Source of the DNA: a virus
Length of the DNA stretch: 64,000 bases
Reading direction: 5' to 3' (one strand)
IMG/VR virus record: IMGVR_UViG_3300025437_000010
Location: 46,199 to 110,198 of that record
This document shows, piece after piece, positions 1-10,110 of this stretch. Numbering within the stretch: position 1 is the first letter of the stretch; each line of letters opens with the position of its first letter. The position numbers were made by a program, and so were the translations under genes. The notes under the pieces are model-generated. The model made no database searches and was not told the DNA's origin. It saw only the letters and a program-made list of their open reading frames with translations.

Positions 1-81
1 CACAAGCAGCGCCTTGAACAAACTAATGAAGAAAATGAAGCACTCAACCATATTCTACAGGTAGTCGGGAAAGCCAACTAA
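1..81 (+). CDS. 3' end of upstream small phage protein (partial)
   Basis: Open frame HKQRLEQTNEENEALNHILQVVGKAN* ends at TAA 79-81, directly before the polymerase GTG. Confidence 0.55.
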   Translation, partial: HKQRLEQTNEENEALNHILQVVGKAN

Positions 82-1773
82 GTGTCATATGTTGATGCCA
101 TCCTTTCAATAAAGGATGATAAAATACATGTGGTAGAGCGAAGCCCTGAAGGCAATCGGATATACAAAGAATATCCAACAAATTATGTTTTTTATTACCC
201 TGACCCAAAGGGAAAGCATCGTTCTATTTTTGGTAATCCACTTAGTAGATTTTCAACTCGCAAGAGAAATGAGTTTGAAAAGGAAAAGCGGATTCATGGT
301 AACAAAAAACTATTTGAAAGTGATGTTAATGCGGTATTTAGATGCTTGGCAGACAACTATCTCAATGTAGAACCTCCCAAGTTACATACTTGCTTTTTTG
401 ATATTGAGACGGACTTTGATCCTGAAAAGGGTTTCAGTCCGACAGACGATCCATTTAATCCAGTCACGGCGATTTCTTTGTATTTGGATTGGAAAGATCA
501 GTTAATCACTCTTGCTATTCCACCAAAACACATGACCGATGAAACGGCGCAAGAGTTAGTGCGTGACTTTCCTAACACGTTTCTGTTTCGTTCTGAAATT
601 GAAATGTTTGAGACATTCTTCCAACTGATTGAAGATGCCGATATTCTCACTGGGTGGAACTCAGAGGGATACGATATTCCTTATTGTGTAAATCGGGTAA
701 CCCGAATTATGTCTAAGGATGATACACGTAAGTTCTGCCTTCTTGGTCAACTTCCGAAGATTCGCACATATGAACGATTTGGTAAAGAAGAAACTACCTA
801 CGATTTAGTCGGGCGAGTTCATATGGACTATTTGCAGTTATATAAAAAGTATAACTACGAATCGCGCCATAGTTATTCTCTTGATGCAATTGGTGAAATG
901 GAAGTAGGTGAACGTAAGACTCAATATGAGGGTTCACTTGACCAGTTATACAATCAAGATTTCAAAACCTTTATTGAATATAACCGACAGGATACTATGC
1001 TTATGGTGAAGATTCATCGTAAGACTAAGTTTCTTGAATTAGCAAACGCACTGGCACATGAAAACACAGTGTTGTTACCAACGGCTATGGGTTCGGTGGC
1101 GATGATCGAAATGGCGGTCATCAATGACGCACATTCTCGTGGATTTGTCGTTCCCGATAAGAATAGGAAAGATGGACCAAGCGATGACCAACAGGCGGCT
1201 GGTGCATATGTTGCCACACCACAGGTTGGAATGCACGAATGGGTGGGAGCAGTGGATATTAACTCACTGTATCCTTCTGACATTCGTGCATTGAACATGT
1301 CACCAGAAACCATCGTTGCTCAGGTTCGTCAGACTCTTACCGAACAGTATATGGCTGACAAAACCAAAAAAATCAAGCAAAGCAAAAAACAGAGCAAAAG
1401 AAAGGATAGCACTACTGACAAAGAAATAACTGCTGCTTTGTTATGGGAAAATCTTTTTGGATCGCTTGAATATACTGCGATCATGAATCAGGAACGTGGC
1501 ACTATATTGATCGTTGACTATGAAGACGGAAGATCAGTAGAAATGTCTGCTGCTGAAATCTGGAAGATGATATTTGACAGCAATAATCCATATATTCTCT
1601 CTGCGAATGGCACGATCTTTACCTATGAAAGGGAAGGAGTCATCCCCGGTTTGCTATCAAGATGGTATTCAGAACGTAAGGCTACACAAAAGCAAGCCAA
1701 GACGGTCAGAACTTTAAACTCTGGTATTGAAATCAATTCAAAATTAGCCGAAAAACTTAAAAAAATACTTTAA
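82..1773 (+). CDS. Family B DNA polymerase, N-terminal subunit (3'-5' exonuclease, palm motif A, first fingers helix)
   Basis: ExoI FFDIETD, ExoII WNSEGYDIPY, ExoIII YNRQD, motif A VDINSLYPS, GVIPGLLSRWYSERK; ends before motif B. Confidence 0.93.
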   Translation: MSYVDAILSIKDDKIHVVERSPEGNRIYKEYPTNYVFYYPDPKGKHRSIFGNPLSRFSTRKRNEFEKEKRIHGNKKLFESDVNAVFRCLADNYLNVEPPKLHTCFFDIETDFDPEKGFSPTDDPFNPVTAISLYLDWKDQLITLAIPPKHMTDETAQELVRDFPNTFLFRSEIEMFETFFQLIEDADILTGWNSEGYDIPYCVNRVTRIMSKDDTRKFCLLGQLPKIRTYERFGKEETTYDLVGRVHMDYLQLYKKYNYESRHSYSLDAIGEMEVGERKTQYEGSLDQLYNQDFKTFIEYNRQDTMLMVKIHRKTKFLELANALAHENTVLLPTAMGSVAMIEMAVINDAHSRGFVVPDKNRKDGPSDDQQAAGAYVATPQVGMHEWVGAVDINSLYPSDIRALNMSPETIVAQVRQTLTEQYMADKTKKIKQSKKQSKRKDSTTDKEITAALLWENLFGSLEYTAIMNQERGTILIVDYEDGRSVEMSAAEIWKMIFDSNNPYILSANGTIFTYEREGVIPGLLSRWYSERKATQKQAKTVRTLNSGIEINSKLAEKLKKIL

Positions 1774-1800
1774 GTGATAAATACCCTATACGGAGGTATT

Positions 1801-2979
1801 ATGAACTTAATTGATATAGAAACCATTATGAGAGACATGTGCAGTATAAAACATGAACACTCATTTAAACGATACCTAAAATTGATTGAAATTTACAGAA
1901 AATTAAATTTATCCAAGAAAAGTTTTGGAAAAGGTGAGATTGAAGCGCATCACATTCTTCCAAGTAAAATATGGCAAGAATATAAAAAAGAAAAATGGAA
2001 TATAGTGAACCTACCCGTCCGTGCTCATGTTATCGCGCATTATCTACTTTATAAATTTTTACCAAAATCGGAGTGTGTGTTTGCGTTTAATCAGATGCAC
2101 AGAGTTTCCGTAAAAACAGGAAAGTTAAACGCCAGATTATATGCCAAAGCGAGAATTGAATTGGCGCAGTTGGTAAGCAAAGTCAATTCCGGCAGAAAAT
2201 GGTCAGATGAACAGCACAAATTGCATAGAAAAATTCATTGTGGTAAAAACACATATCGCAATATCACATCTGGAGAGTGTAAAAAGTTTATAGTAGGAGA
2301 TGAACCGGCAGGATGGGAGCCGTTCCAGACTGGTCGGACAAAGAGTATTGCAGCAAAAGAAAAAATGGGAGAGTCAATGTCTGGAAGAATATGGCAATAT
2401 CATTCGGAATCTAAAGAGGTTAAATTTGCAAACTTTTTAATAGATGGGTTTACGAAGGGAATACCGCCATGGTTTGTCTATGATCATGCAGAAATTACGA
2501 AAACCTACAAATGGGCATATAATCCGGATACAAACGAAGTTATTCGGTGCGCAGAAATTGATATTCCCGTTGGGTTTGAATTGGGGCGGGACCCGTCTTA
2601 TGTTAACAAAGGATTTGAAAAAATAAATCAGTCCGGTTTATGTAGGATGCTGGACATTGAAGACAAATGTTATACGCTAGTATCAGAAGATATTTTACCT
2701 AACCCACGATATGTTAAACATGGTGCTTGTGTTGACGATATTTATGTGATATTATACAAAGACAGTATTTATTATTCTTGGGTTGATGTAGAACGAGAAC
2801 ACCCAGAATTGCCGAAAATGAACAAAAAGAGAGATATCTCTCTACTTGACTACGTTGTGCCTAAAAAGCATTTTAACCAAACACCAGATAGGCAACGTTT
2901 TTGTGAAATGCATCATGGTAAAACATTTGGAGAAATTGGAATATCTATGCGAAAACTAAAGGAAAATGACAATGATTGA
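1801..2979 (+). CDS. Free-standing HNH homing endonuclease with NUMOD3-like repeats, splitting the polymerase gene
   Basis: EAHHILPS...NIVNLPVRAHVIAHYLL; GRKWSDEQ and GRTKSIAAKEKMGES; GGAGG RBS before ATG 1801; GATAAATA late-promoter-like motif at about 1776-1783. Confidence 0.85.
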   Translation: MNLIDIETIMRDMCSIKHEHSFKRYLKLIEIYRKLNLSKKSFGKGEIEAHHILPSKIWQEYKKEKWNIVNLPVRAHVIAHYLLYKFLPKSECVFAFNQMHRVSVKTGKLNARLYAKARIELAQLVSKVNSGRKWSDEQHKLHRKIHCGKNTYRNITSGECKKFIVGDEPAGWEPFQTGRTKSIAAKEKMGESMSGRIWQYHSESKEVKFANFLIDGFTKGIPPWFVYDHAEITKTYKWAYNPDTNEVIRCAEIDIPVGFELGRDPSYVNKGFEKINQSGLCRMLDIEDKCYTLVSEDILPNPRYVKHGACVDDIYVILYKDSIYYSWVDVEREHPELPKMNKKRDISLLDYVVPKKHFNQTPDRQRFCEMHHGKTFGEIGISMRKLKENDND

Positions 2980-3164
2980 TACAGAATATATCAACACCCT
3001 AATAAAGACAGAAGACGTTGATGGTCTTGCCGCGTATATGAAAAAATATAAATTGCGATTATCCGCAGACAACAAAATTATTGGTGATGCGGATGTTGTT
3101 GCTGAATCTTATGCTTACTGGGATAAAAGACAACTCGTGCGAAAAATTCTCCTAAACTCTGCGT
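2966..3164 (+). CDS. DNA polymerase B C-terminal subunit, exon 1
   Basis: YWDKRQLVRKILLNSA(Y) is the second fingers helix and motif B, interrupted after T3164. Confidence 0.88.
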
Positions 3165-3444
3165 TAATTCCTAGCGCCCTTGTGTAGTGATACACACTGA
3201 ATAACCCGTCTAATTGCTGGAAACTCTCATTGCGTAATGGCAGAGACAATCAGCAGCCAAGTAGAAATAGATTATTTCTAAAGGTTCAACGACTAGCCCA
3301 TAGTGGCGTAAGCAATAAGCCAATGATTGCTGAAACGGCGGGGGTCTATACTTAATAGATCGTGATATAGTCTGTTCTAATATGAAAATATTAGCAGCAT
3401 TTTAAATGCGGATGTGAAATTGCTAATCACATTGAACACTAAAG
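3165..3444 (+). ncRNA. Group I self-splicing intron (IA-like, ORF-less, 280 nt) in polymerase motif B
   Basis: 5' exon ends in U3164, pairing with G3174 in P1 (GCGU/GCGC); P AATTGCTGGAAA 3212-3223; Q AATCAGCAG 3248-3256; R GTTCAACGACTA 3284-3295; S GATATAGTC 3364-3372; P7 GACTA/TAGTC; terminal G3444; splicing gives T|AT and restores KILLNSAYGALLN. Confidence 0.93.
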
Positions 3445-4502
3445 ATGGTGCACTTCTAAACGAACACTGCCGATTCTATGATAAACGAATCGGTCAGTCA
3501 GTAACTCTTTCTGGTCGTCAAATTGTTCGCCACATGATGAGCAAGATCAATGAGATTATTGAAGGGACTTATTCTCACGAAGGAAGTTCAATCGTATATG
3601 GAGATACTGACTCCTGCTATTTCTCTGCATATCCAATTCTTAAGAGTCAAATTGATTCTGGTGAAGTTGAATGGGACAAAGACACCTGCGTTGCATTGTA
3701 TGATAACATAGCAGAACAGACCAATGAAAGTTTTCCTGCATTCATGGAGAAAGCATTTCATTGTCCACGCAAGAATGGTGCAGTCATTAAGGCTGGTCGC
3801 GAATTGATTGGTGATCGTGCTATCTTTATTGCCAAGAAGATTTATGCCATCAATATTTTTGATCTTGAAGGCGATAGACTTGATCTGATTATTGACGAGA
3901 ATGATGCTATCAAAAAAGGCGTAAATATCGGTTACGGTAAGGTAAAGGCTATGGGTGTCGCATTGAAGCGGTCGGATACGCCAAAATACATTCAAGAGTT
4001 TTTAATGGATGTATTGTGTATGGTAATTCAACAAGGCAAACAGCGCGAGGAAGTTATTCAAAAAATAAAAACGTTTAAAACCTATCTTTCTGGTCAAGAT
4101 AGTTGGACCAAAGGTAATCCCAAGTCTGTAAATAAACTAACGTATCATACTGCAAAATTTGAAAAAACTGGACAGTGTGGAGTTGGTCATGCCAAGGCAG
4201 CAATCAATTACAATTATCTGCGTAGAATGCACGGTGATAACTACAGCCAAAAAATTGTTGATGGCATGAAGGTAATTGTATGTTCACTTAAACCCAATCC
4301 TCTCGGATTTACATCTATTGCATACCCAACCGATGAATTAAGATTGCCTCAATGGTTTTTGGATTTGCCATTTGATGACAAGGACATGGAACGCAAATTG
4401 ATAGATGAAAAAATTGAGAACTTGCTCGGCGTCCTAAAATGGGACTTACGAATTGATACTGATACAAACAGCACCTTCGCAGATTTGTTCAATTTTGGTT
4501 AA
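3445..4502 (+). CDS. DNA polymerase B C-terminal subunit, exon 2 (palm and thumb)
   Basis: (Y)GALLNEHCRFYD...SVTLSGR, motif C YGDTDS, KKIY, KAMG...RSDTP. Confidence 0.92.
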
Positions 4503-4565
4503 CAGGCTTGTTGACTTATATCACAAATTCATGTAATATAGACATTATATAACAAAGGAAATACA

Positions 4566-5297
4566 ATGAAAGATTATCTTCTTGATATCATTCAACACAC
4601 CCATGGTTTAGGTGGAGTTGATTTAGTTAAGGTTGTCGGAACGGATGCCGATACTCAAGTTACTGCCTCTTCGGAAGACCGAACGGTTATCGTATATGGA
4701 AACTTTAAGGCTCCATTAGCAGATTTCATCGGCACGTTTGGAATGCCAAATTTGTCTAAGTTAAAGACTATCGTAAGTTTTGATGACTACGATGACGATT
4801 CCATTATCAATGTTACCCGAGGAACACACTCTGATGCGACTGCACCATCAGCCATTCACTTTGAAACTAAGTCGGGTGACTTCATCAATGACTATCGTTT
4901 AATGGCTAAGACAATCGTTGAGGATAAAGTTAAGAATGTTACATTCAAAGGAACTACTTGGGATGTGGAATTTGAACCTTCAATGAACAGCATTCAGCGA
5001 TTGAAGAATCAGGCACAGGCCAACAGTGAAGAACTTTATTTCAAGACCAAGACTGACAACGGCGACTTGAAGATTTATTTTGGGGATGCGTCAACGCACT
5101 CCGGTAATTTCGTGTTCCAATCAAATATTACTGGAAACTTAAGCAAGCCGTGGAATTGGCCAGTCAAGGTTTTCCTTGCAATCATGGGGCTTCCGGGCGA
5201 CAAGACAGTCCGCATCGCGGATGCAGGTGTCACTGAAATTACAGTTGACAGTGGTCTTGCCATATGGCGTTATCTACTCCCAGCACAGGCTAAGTAA
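4566..5297 (+). CDS. Putative sliding clamp / polymerase processivity factor
   Basis: 243 aa, beta-rich, directly downstream of the polymerase, C-terminal YLLPAQ; assigned by context and resemblance only. Confidence 0.55.
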   Translation: MKDYLLDIIQHTHGLGGVDLVKVVGTDADTQVTASSEDRTVIVYGNFKAPLADFIGTFGMPNLSKLKTIVSFDDYDDDSIINVTRGTHSDATAPSAIHFETKSGDFINDYRLMAKTIVEDKVKNVTFKGTTWDVEFEPSMNSIQRLKNQAQANSEELYFKTKTDNGDLKIYFGDASTHSGNFVFQSNITGNLSKPWNWPVKVFLAIMGLPGDKTVRIADAGVTEITVDSGLAIWRYLLPAQAK

Positions 5298-5298
5298 T

Positions 5299-5676
5299 AT
5301 GATCAATGGAATTAGTTCAAGCAGTAAACATATAGTGACATATGGCACGACTTCAAACAAGCCATATATAAATTCTTCGTATAACACATTGCTGGGCATT
5401 GGTAATCTTCGCTATAATCCATCTACAGTCATGTTTGAAGTATACGATGGAAATTCATGGCTTCCTTTTCCCGAGTCAATCACCAGTATTGGTATTACTA
5501 CACAGGCGGAATCAGCACTTGATTGGGTAATACAAAAAATGAATGAAGAGAAGCAGATTGAAGAACTCGCAAAAACAAGCCCTGTCATTCAAGATTTGAT
5601 TAATCAAATCAATGAAAAGAAAGAGCAGATCAAGGTAGTTCAAACTCTGCTCAAGGAAGAGTCTAAAATTGCATGA
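5299..5676 (+). CDS. Hypothetical phage protein with C-terminal coiled coil
   Basis: ATG 5299 right after the previous stop; GNLRYNPS...EVYDGNSW. Confidence 0.65.
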   Translation: MINGISSSSKHIVTYGTTSNKPYINSSYNTLLGIGNLRYNPSTVMFEVYDGNSWLPFPESITSIGITTQAESALDWVIQKMNEEKQIEELAKTSPVIQDLINQINEKKEQIKVVQTLLKEESKIA

Positions 5677-6013
5677 CATGCAGCGGCAGATGATTCTGTC
5701 TGACAATAGAAATATGATTAAAGATAGGGCGGCGCGTATTTTATGGGTTTCTCTATCTTTACCACTCCATAAAATTAATGCTGGCATTCGGGTGCATGGC
5801 AGCGATAATGAATTTAATTTTGAAGAGTTCAAGAGTTTTGTAAAAAACTTTATTAATAGTGAAGCTCTTGAATTTACCCAAAAATCTTGCATTTTGATTA
5901 GTGATGAGGTATATGAGTATATAGCAACTCGCTATCCTAATCGCATGATTGAAATTACCGTTTCAACTAATGACGACAATGACGGTTCAACCATTTACTA
6001 TCACACCCTTTAG
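5669..6013 (+). CDS. Degenerate QueD/PTPS-like phage protein
   Basis: EFNFEEFK...KSCILISDEVYEYIATRYP...IEITVS resembles a phage QueD-like family, but the His-rich N-terminal motifs are absent. Confidence 0.4.
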   Translation: MHDMQRQMILSDNRNMIKDRAARILWVSLSLPLHKINAGIRVHGSDNEFNFEEFKSFVKNFINSEALEFTQKSCILISDEVYEYIATRYPNRMIEITVSTNDDNDGSTIYYHTL

Positions 6014-6029
6014 ACACAAGGAATATAAA

Positions 6030-6266
6030 ATGACTAAGAATATCAAATCCAATCCCAAGGTTCAACAGATTTTTGACGATCTGGAAAAGTATCGTGAATT
6101 TTGCAGTAGCCATGGTTATATTTTTGATGAGGCAGAACTCTACAATAGCAAGAGTTTTTCGTATCGCCAGTTCCAAAGACATGTCACAGGCAAGCCCGCC
6201 AAGGATCAGTGGGAAGCCGACTACATTAGATTCAAAGAACAAGATTCTACAAATCTGTATATGTGA
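6030..6266 (+). CDS. Conserved hypothetical phage protein
   Basis: AAGGA RBS; [12 protein letters not shown]...[10 protein letters not shown]. Confidence 0.7.
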   Translation: MTKNIKSNPKVQQIFDDLEKYREFCSSHGYIFDEAELYNSKSFSYRQFQRHVTGKPAKDQWEADYIRFKEQDSTNLYM

Positions 6267-6271
6267 TAATC

Positions 6272-7294
6272 ATGAGAATTGAAAACGAAATTTTGCTTGA
6301 CTTCAATGACGTATTGATTCGTCCAAAACGGTCTACTCTTAATAGCCGTAAGGATGTCAACTTAGGGCGTTCATACACGTTTAAGCATAGCAAATATATT
6401 TGGTATGGCATTCCGATTATGGCTGCAAATATGGATTTTGTTGGCACTACTGAAATGGCAAAAGTATTGTCAACATTCAGTATGTTCACTTGCTTGACAA
6501 AAGATACTGCTCCACTTGGTATCTCAGATTTGAAGGGTGTCAGTACTAATTCCTACGCCATCAGTGCAGGAACAAGTGATATTGATTTCATGAGAATCAA
6601 AGAAACACTGAATGTTTTTCCAGATATCCAATTTATTTGTATTGATGTTGCTAATGGATATAGTGAGCATTTTGGTAATTTTGTTGCAAAAGTTCGCGAA
6701 CTGTATCCAGATAAAACTATCATTGCCGGAAATGTCGTTACAGCAGATATGACACAGGAGTTAATTTTACGTGGTGCTGATATTATTAAGGTGGGCATTG
6801 GACCTGGGTCTGTTTGTACTACTCGTATACAGACCGGTGTTGGTTATCCTCAACTCTCGGCCATCATTGAATGTGCTGATGCTGCTCATGGGCTGGGTGC
6901 TCATATCATTGCTGACGGTGGTTGCACTTGTCCTGGCGACGTAGCTAAGGCATTTGGTGCAGGTGCTGACTTTGTAATGCTTGGTGGAATGTTTGCTGGA
7001 CATAAAGAAGGTGGCGGAGAAGTTGATGCAATTAACAATACCGTTACTTTTTATGGAATGAGCAGTGACACTGCCATGAAAAAACATCATGGTGGCGTTG
7101 CTGATTATCGGTCAAGTGAGGGGAGGACCGTAGAGATTCCATACAAAGGCAATGTAGCATTTACTATCCAAGACCTCCTTGGCGGGCTGCGTAGCACTTG
7201 CACATATGTTGGTGCCTCTGAATTGAAACATTTGAGCAAATGCACAACATTTGTTCGGGTAAATAACCAATTCAATCGCGTATTCAGTAAGTAA
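6272..7294 (+). CDS. guaC: GMP reductase
   Basis: [77 protein letters not shown]. Confidence 0.95.
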   Translation: MRIENEILLDFNDVLIRPKRSTLNSRKDVNLGRSYTFKHSKYIWYGIPIMAANMDFVGTTEMAKVLSTFSMFTCLTKDTAPLGISDLKGVSTNSYAISAGTSDIDFMRIKETLNVFPDIQFICIDVANGYSEHFGNFVAKVRELYPDKTIIAGNVVTADMTQELILRGADIIKVGIGPGSVCTTRIQTGVGYPQLSAIIECADAAHGLGAHIIADGGCTCPGDVAKAFGAGADFVMLGGMFAGHKEGGGEVDAINNTVTFYGMSSDTAMKKHHGGVADYRSSEGRTVEIPYKGNVAFTIQDLLGGLRSTCTYVGASELKHLSKCTTFVRVNNQFNRVFSK

Positions 7295-7300
7295 TCAATT

Positions 7301-7654
7301 ATGACTCAGAACGAAAATATTTCCAACACTGATTATGAATTGTATACGCATTTTAATCATGGTGGTAATCAAGAGGGCATCATTCATATGGGTGGCATTG
7401 GTTACCATCATGATTTACAGGAGCGATGGCAAAAGACGATTAACTATAAATTTAATATTTTTCACATAAACGGCCCGACAATTGATTCTGATGGGCACTG
7501 TTTGTATGTGCATACGCCATACAACTATCCAAAAAGTGCCAGAGATTTATATCCTAATGCTGTTAGAATAGAGAGTTATAACGGCAACTCTGGTATTTTA
7601 TATCGCGTGTTTGAATCAGACGAAGATTTGCTTTGGAACATATTAAAAAACTAA
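7301..7654 (+). CDS. Hypothetical protein (C-terminal FESDEDLLWNILK motif family)
   Basis: ORF in operon context; C-terminal motif shared with other small ORFs. Confidence 0.6.
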   Translation: MTQNENISNTDYELYTHFNHGGNQEGIIHMGGIGYHHDLQERWQKTINYKFNIFHINGPTIDSDGHCLYVHTPYNYPKSARDLYPNAVRIESYNGNSGILYRVFESDEDLLWNILKN

Positions 7655-7684
7655 AATGACATGGTTTTTGATGAGGTGGGCATA

Positions 7685-7957
7685 ATGAATATACCCGATT
7701 TTATTAATGGTAGTTTTGAAGCGTTTGGTGCGGTGGCAGCAACTATCAACATATTCACTCTTCGCAATCATAAAACTGTAAGGGGCACTTTCTGGCCCTC
7801 TAGTTTTTTTTGGGCTATTTGGGGATTTTGGAACGTGTATTTCTATTGGCATCTGCATCAATGGTTTTCATTGTTTGCGGGTGCCACTCTTGCTGTGATG
7901 ACAAGCATTTGGTTGGTGATGGCTATCTACTATGTGAGAAAAGACAATGACACTTGA
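7685..7957 (+). CDS. Small 3-TM membrane protein, PQ-loop/SemiSWEET-like
   Basis: Three hydrophobic helices, K-x-x-x-G-x-x-W-P loop, WGFWNVYFY; GAGGTG RBS. Confidence 0.5.
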   Translation: MNIPDFINGSFEAFGAVAATINIFTLRNHKTVRGTFWPSSFFWAIWGFWNVYFYWHLHQWFSLFAGATLAVMTSIWLVMAIYYVRKDNDT

Positions 7958-8156
7958 CCTTCATGGCGTAAGGCACCAAGATGTTGATATGTTAGTGGAA
8001 AACTTTGTTTTGATGAACCAGAACAGTTTTCCATTGACAATTGTTTGCGGAAATAGTATAAGAATGATTAATATTGCCGAAAATGTGCTAAAGCGCATCG
8101 GCTGTGAAACTACCTCTTTAAGATATGGGGTATTAACAATAAGAAAGTTTAAATAA
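7947..8156 (+). CDS. Stand-alone Smr-like domain protein
   Basis: TLDLHG...LTIVCGNS. Confidence 0.7.
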   Translation: MTLDLHGVRHQDVDMLVENFVLMNQNSFPLTIVCGNSIRMINIAENVLKRIGCETTSLRYGVLTIRKFK

Positions 8157-8603
8157 ATGTTTTATCTCGCATACGGAATGAATTCCAATACCAATCAGAT
8201 GTCTAATCGTTGTCCAAAGGCAATGAGTTTTGGTAGATACGATTTGAAAGATCATCGCATTGTGTTTCGCGGAGTTGCCGATATTGAAGTCAGTGAAGGA
8301 AGTGTCGCACAATGCGTTTTGTGGGATATCACTCCGGAATGCGAGGTAGAACTGGATATTCTTGAGGGATATCCATTCTTTTATGATAAGAAATATATTA
8401 CCGTTTCTGTTAATGGCAGAGAATATGAGGCCATGTTTTACCAGATGACAGAAGGTCATGTAAATTACTATCCTCCAAATACATATTATCAGCAGATGCT
8501 GGAAGAAGGTTATTCCGAACATGGTTTGGAATTGGATCAGATATATACAGCAGAAGGGTTTACTTACGATGACTTGTGGATGGAAGAATATGCGAATGGA
8601 TAA
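8157..8603 (+). CDS. Gamma-glutamylcyclotransferase (AIG2/GGCT-like)
   Basis: YLAYGMNSN...RCP...LDILEGYP..Y. Confidence 0.85.
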   Translation: MFYLAYGMNSNTNQMSNRCPKAMSFGRYDLKDHRIVFRGVADIEVSEGSVAQCVLWDITPECEVELDILEGYPFFYDKKYITVSVNGREYEAMFYQMTEGHVNYYPPNTYYQQMLEEGYSEHGLELDQIYTAEGFTYDDLWMEEYANG

Positions 8604-8751
8604 GAAAATCAACAAAAAGGCACTATATCCGATGGTTATTGGCATGAGTATTCTTTTGCCATTAGGTTCACTGATTCCTTTGTCAATAATGGCATGGAAT
8701 TATTATCGGTCAAGAAAAGCCGATGATGTGGATTATTCTTCTGATGTTTGA
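8596..8751 (+). CDS. Small membrane protein
   Basis: One hydrophobic segment; overlaps both neighbours. Confidence 0.5.
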   Translation: MDKKINKKALYPMVIGMSILLPLGSLIPLSIMAWNYYRSRKADDVDYSSDV

Positions 8752-8959
8752 TTTACCAACGCAAGTTGAGCTTAACTTTATTAGGCGCGCGCAAGTCGTT
8801 ATGTTTTTTTGTTTCTGGCCGCGCCGATCTAGTATCTCAAATAAATGGATATGGTTGACGAGGGGATATCGCGCTAGATCATGGTATAACCATGAGCAGT
8901 GTCCTTGTGATCATTGGTATAGTGAACAGGAATATATTATACTAAAATTAAAAGGATGA
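8744..8959 (+). CDS. Small hypothetical protein (F-x-x-x-P-R...W-x-W family)
   Basis: FCFWPRRSSISNKWIWL...SEQEYIILKLKG. Confidence 0.6.
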   Translation: MFDLPTQVELNFIRRAQVVMFFCFWPRRSSISNKWIWLTRGYRARSWYNHEQCPCDHWYSEQEYIILKLKG

Positions 8960-8962
8960 ATT

Positions 8963-9498
8963 GTGAATAATCAAGAAATAAAAAATTAAAGGGACGAAAA
9001 TGTCCGAGAACGGCTGAACACCAGACTAAGATTATTGATTCCAAAAGAAAAAACGGAACACTAAATCACACGCAATCCGCTAAAGATAATATCAGAAAAG
9101 GCGTTAACAAAGTTTACCAATCGGACAATCCTCCTTGTACTATTTCATCTGGATCACCTAAGGGATATATTACGGGTAATATTAATGGAATTTTTTATCG
9201 TTCAAGTTACGAATTGAAATTCTTGGAATATTGCCATGCTAATAATATTCCTGTAGAAACAGCAAGTACCAAAGAATTTAGAGTACGTTATATAGCGGAT
9301 GACGGGAAGCAACATTATTATTATCCGGATTTCTATCTACCAGATTATGACTGTATTATTGAAATAAAACCACTTGACAGGATAACTGATTTGGTGCATA
9401 CTAAAAATCACGCAGGCGCAATGGAATATAATTTCTTGTTAGTAACTGAAGAAGAACTAAACAATCTGTCTGAATTTTTCAAATATCTTAAGGAGTAA
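8963..9498 (+). pseudogene. TnsA-like PD-(D/E)xK homing endonuclease with NUMOD3-like N-terminus, frameshifted in an A6 run
   Basis: Frame open 8971-9498 (KLKGRKCPRTAEH...YRSSYELKF...YYPDFY...IIEIKP); GTG 8963 with AAGGA RBS joins it only by a -1 shift at ATA AAA AAT TAA. Confidence 0.65.
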
Positions 9499-9501
9499 TC
9501 C

Positions 9502-10107
9502 ATGAATATCTTTGTGATTGAGCAATGTCCCATAATATCAGCAATGGGTCTGGTAGATAAGCATGTAACTAAAATGTGCGTTGAATCGGCACAATTGCTT
9601 TCAACTGCTCATCGCGTTCTTGATGGCGTAGAAGTGACTAACATATCTCCTACTGGACGTAAGAAAAAAGAGTGGAAATTCAATGATGTTCGTGATGAGT
9701 TACTTTACGCTAATACTCACATCAATCATCCTAGTGCTATTTGGGCGCGAGCAACTAGTGAAAACTATTTGTGGTTGTATAATCATTTTGTGGCTCTTGG
9801 TGCAGAGTATACTCATCGCTACGGGAAACAACATCTGTCCTGCATTAAACTTGAATCTATCCTCAAATCACCACCATCTAATATACCCTTTGCACCTATA
9901 ACTTTGATGCCATCTTGCATGGATGATAAGTATAAGGTCGGAGACGATCCGATAGAGAATTATCGCAACTATTACGCTGTAGGCAAGGCAAGTCTGCATC
10001 AGTGGTCTAATCGTCTCCCTCCACTGTGGATGCAGGGTGAAGTCGTTATTGTTCCTCGTGATGACGATACTGAAAGCAGCAGGATAGTGTACACAATTAA
10101 AAGGTAA
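9502..10107 (+). CDS. Pyrimidine-dimer DNA glycosylase (DenV)-like protein
   Basis: MNIF...DKHVTKMCVESAQLLSTAH...HINHPSAIWAR...EYTHRYGKQH...YRNYY. Confidence 0.75.
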   Translation: MNIFVIEQCPIISAMGLVDKHVTKMCVESAQLLSTAHRVLDGVEVTNISPTGRKKKEWKFNDVRDELLYANTHINHPSAIWARATSENYLWLYNHFVALGAEYTHRYGKQHLSCIKLESILKSPPSNIPFAPITLMPSCMDDKYKVGDDPIENYRNYYAVGKASLHQWSNRLPPLWMQGEVVIVPRDDDTESSRIVYTIKR

Positions 10108-10110
10108 AAT

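Noticed and set aside
1774-2979. HNH gene inside an intron or intein in the polymerase
   Set aside because: No P/Q/R/S core or space for one on either side, no intein termini, and the upstream ORF ends in a stop followed by a separate promoter and RBS.
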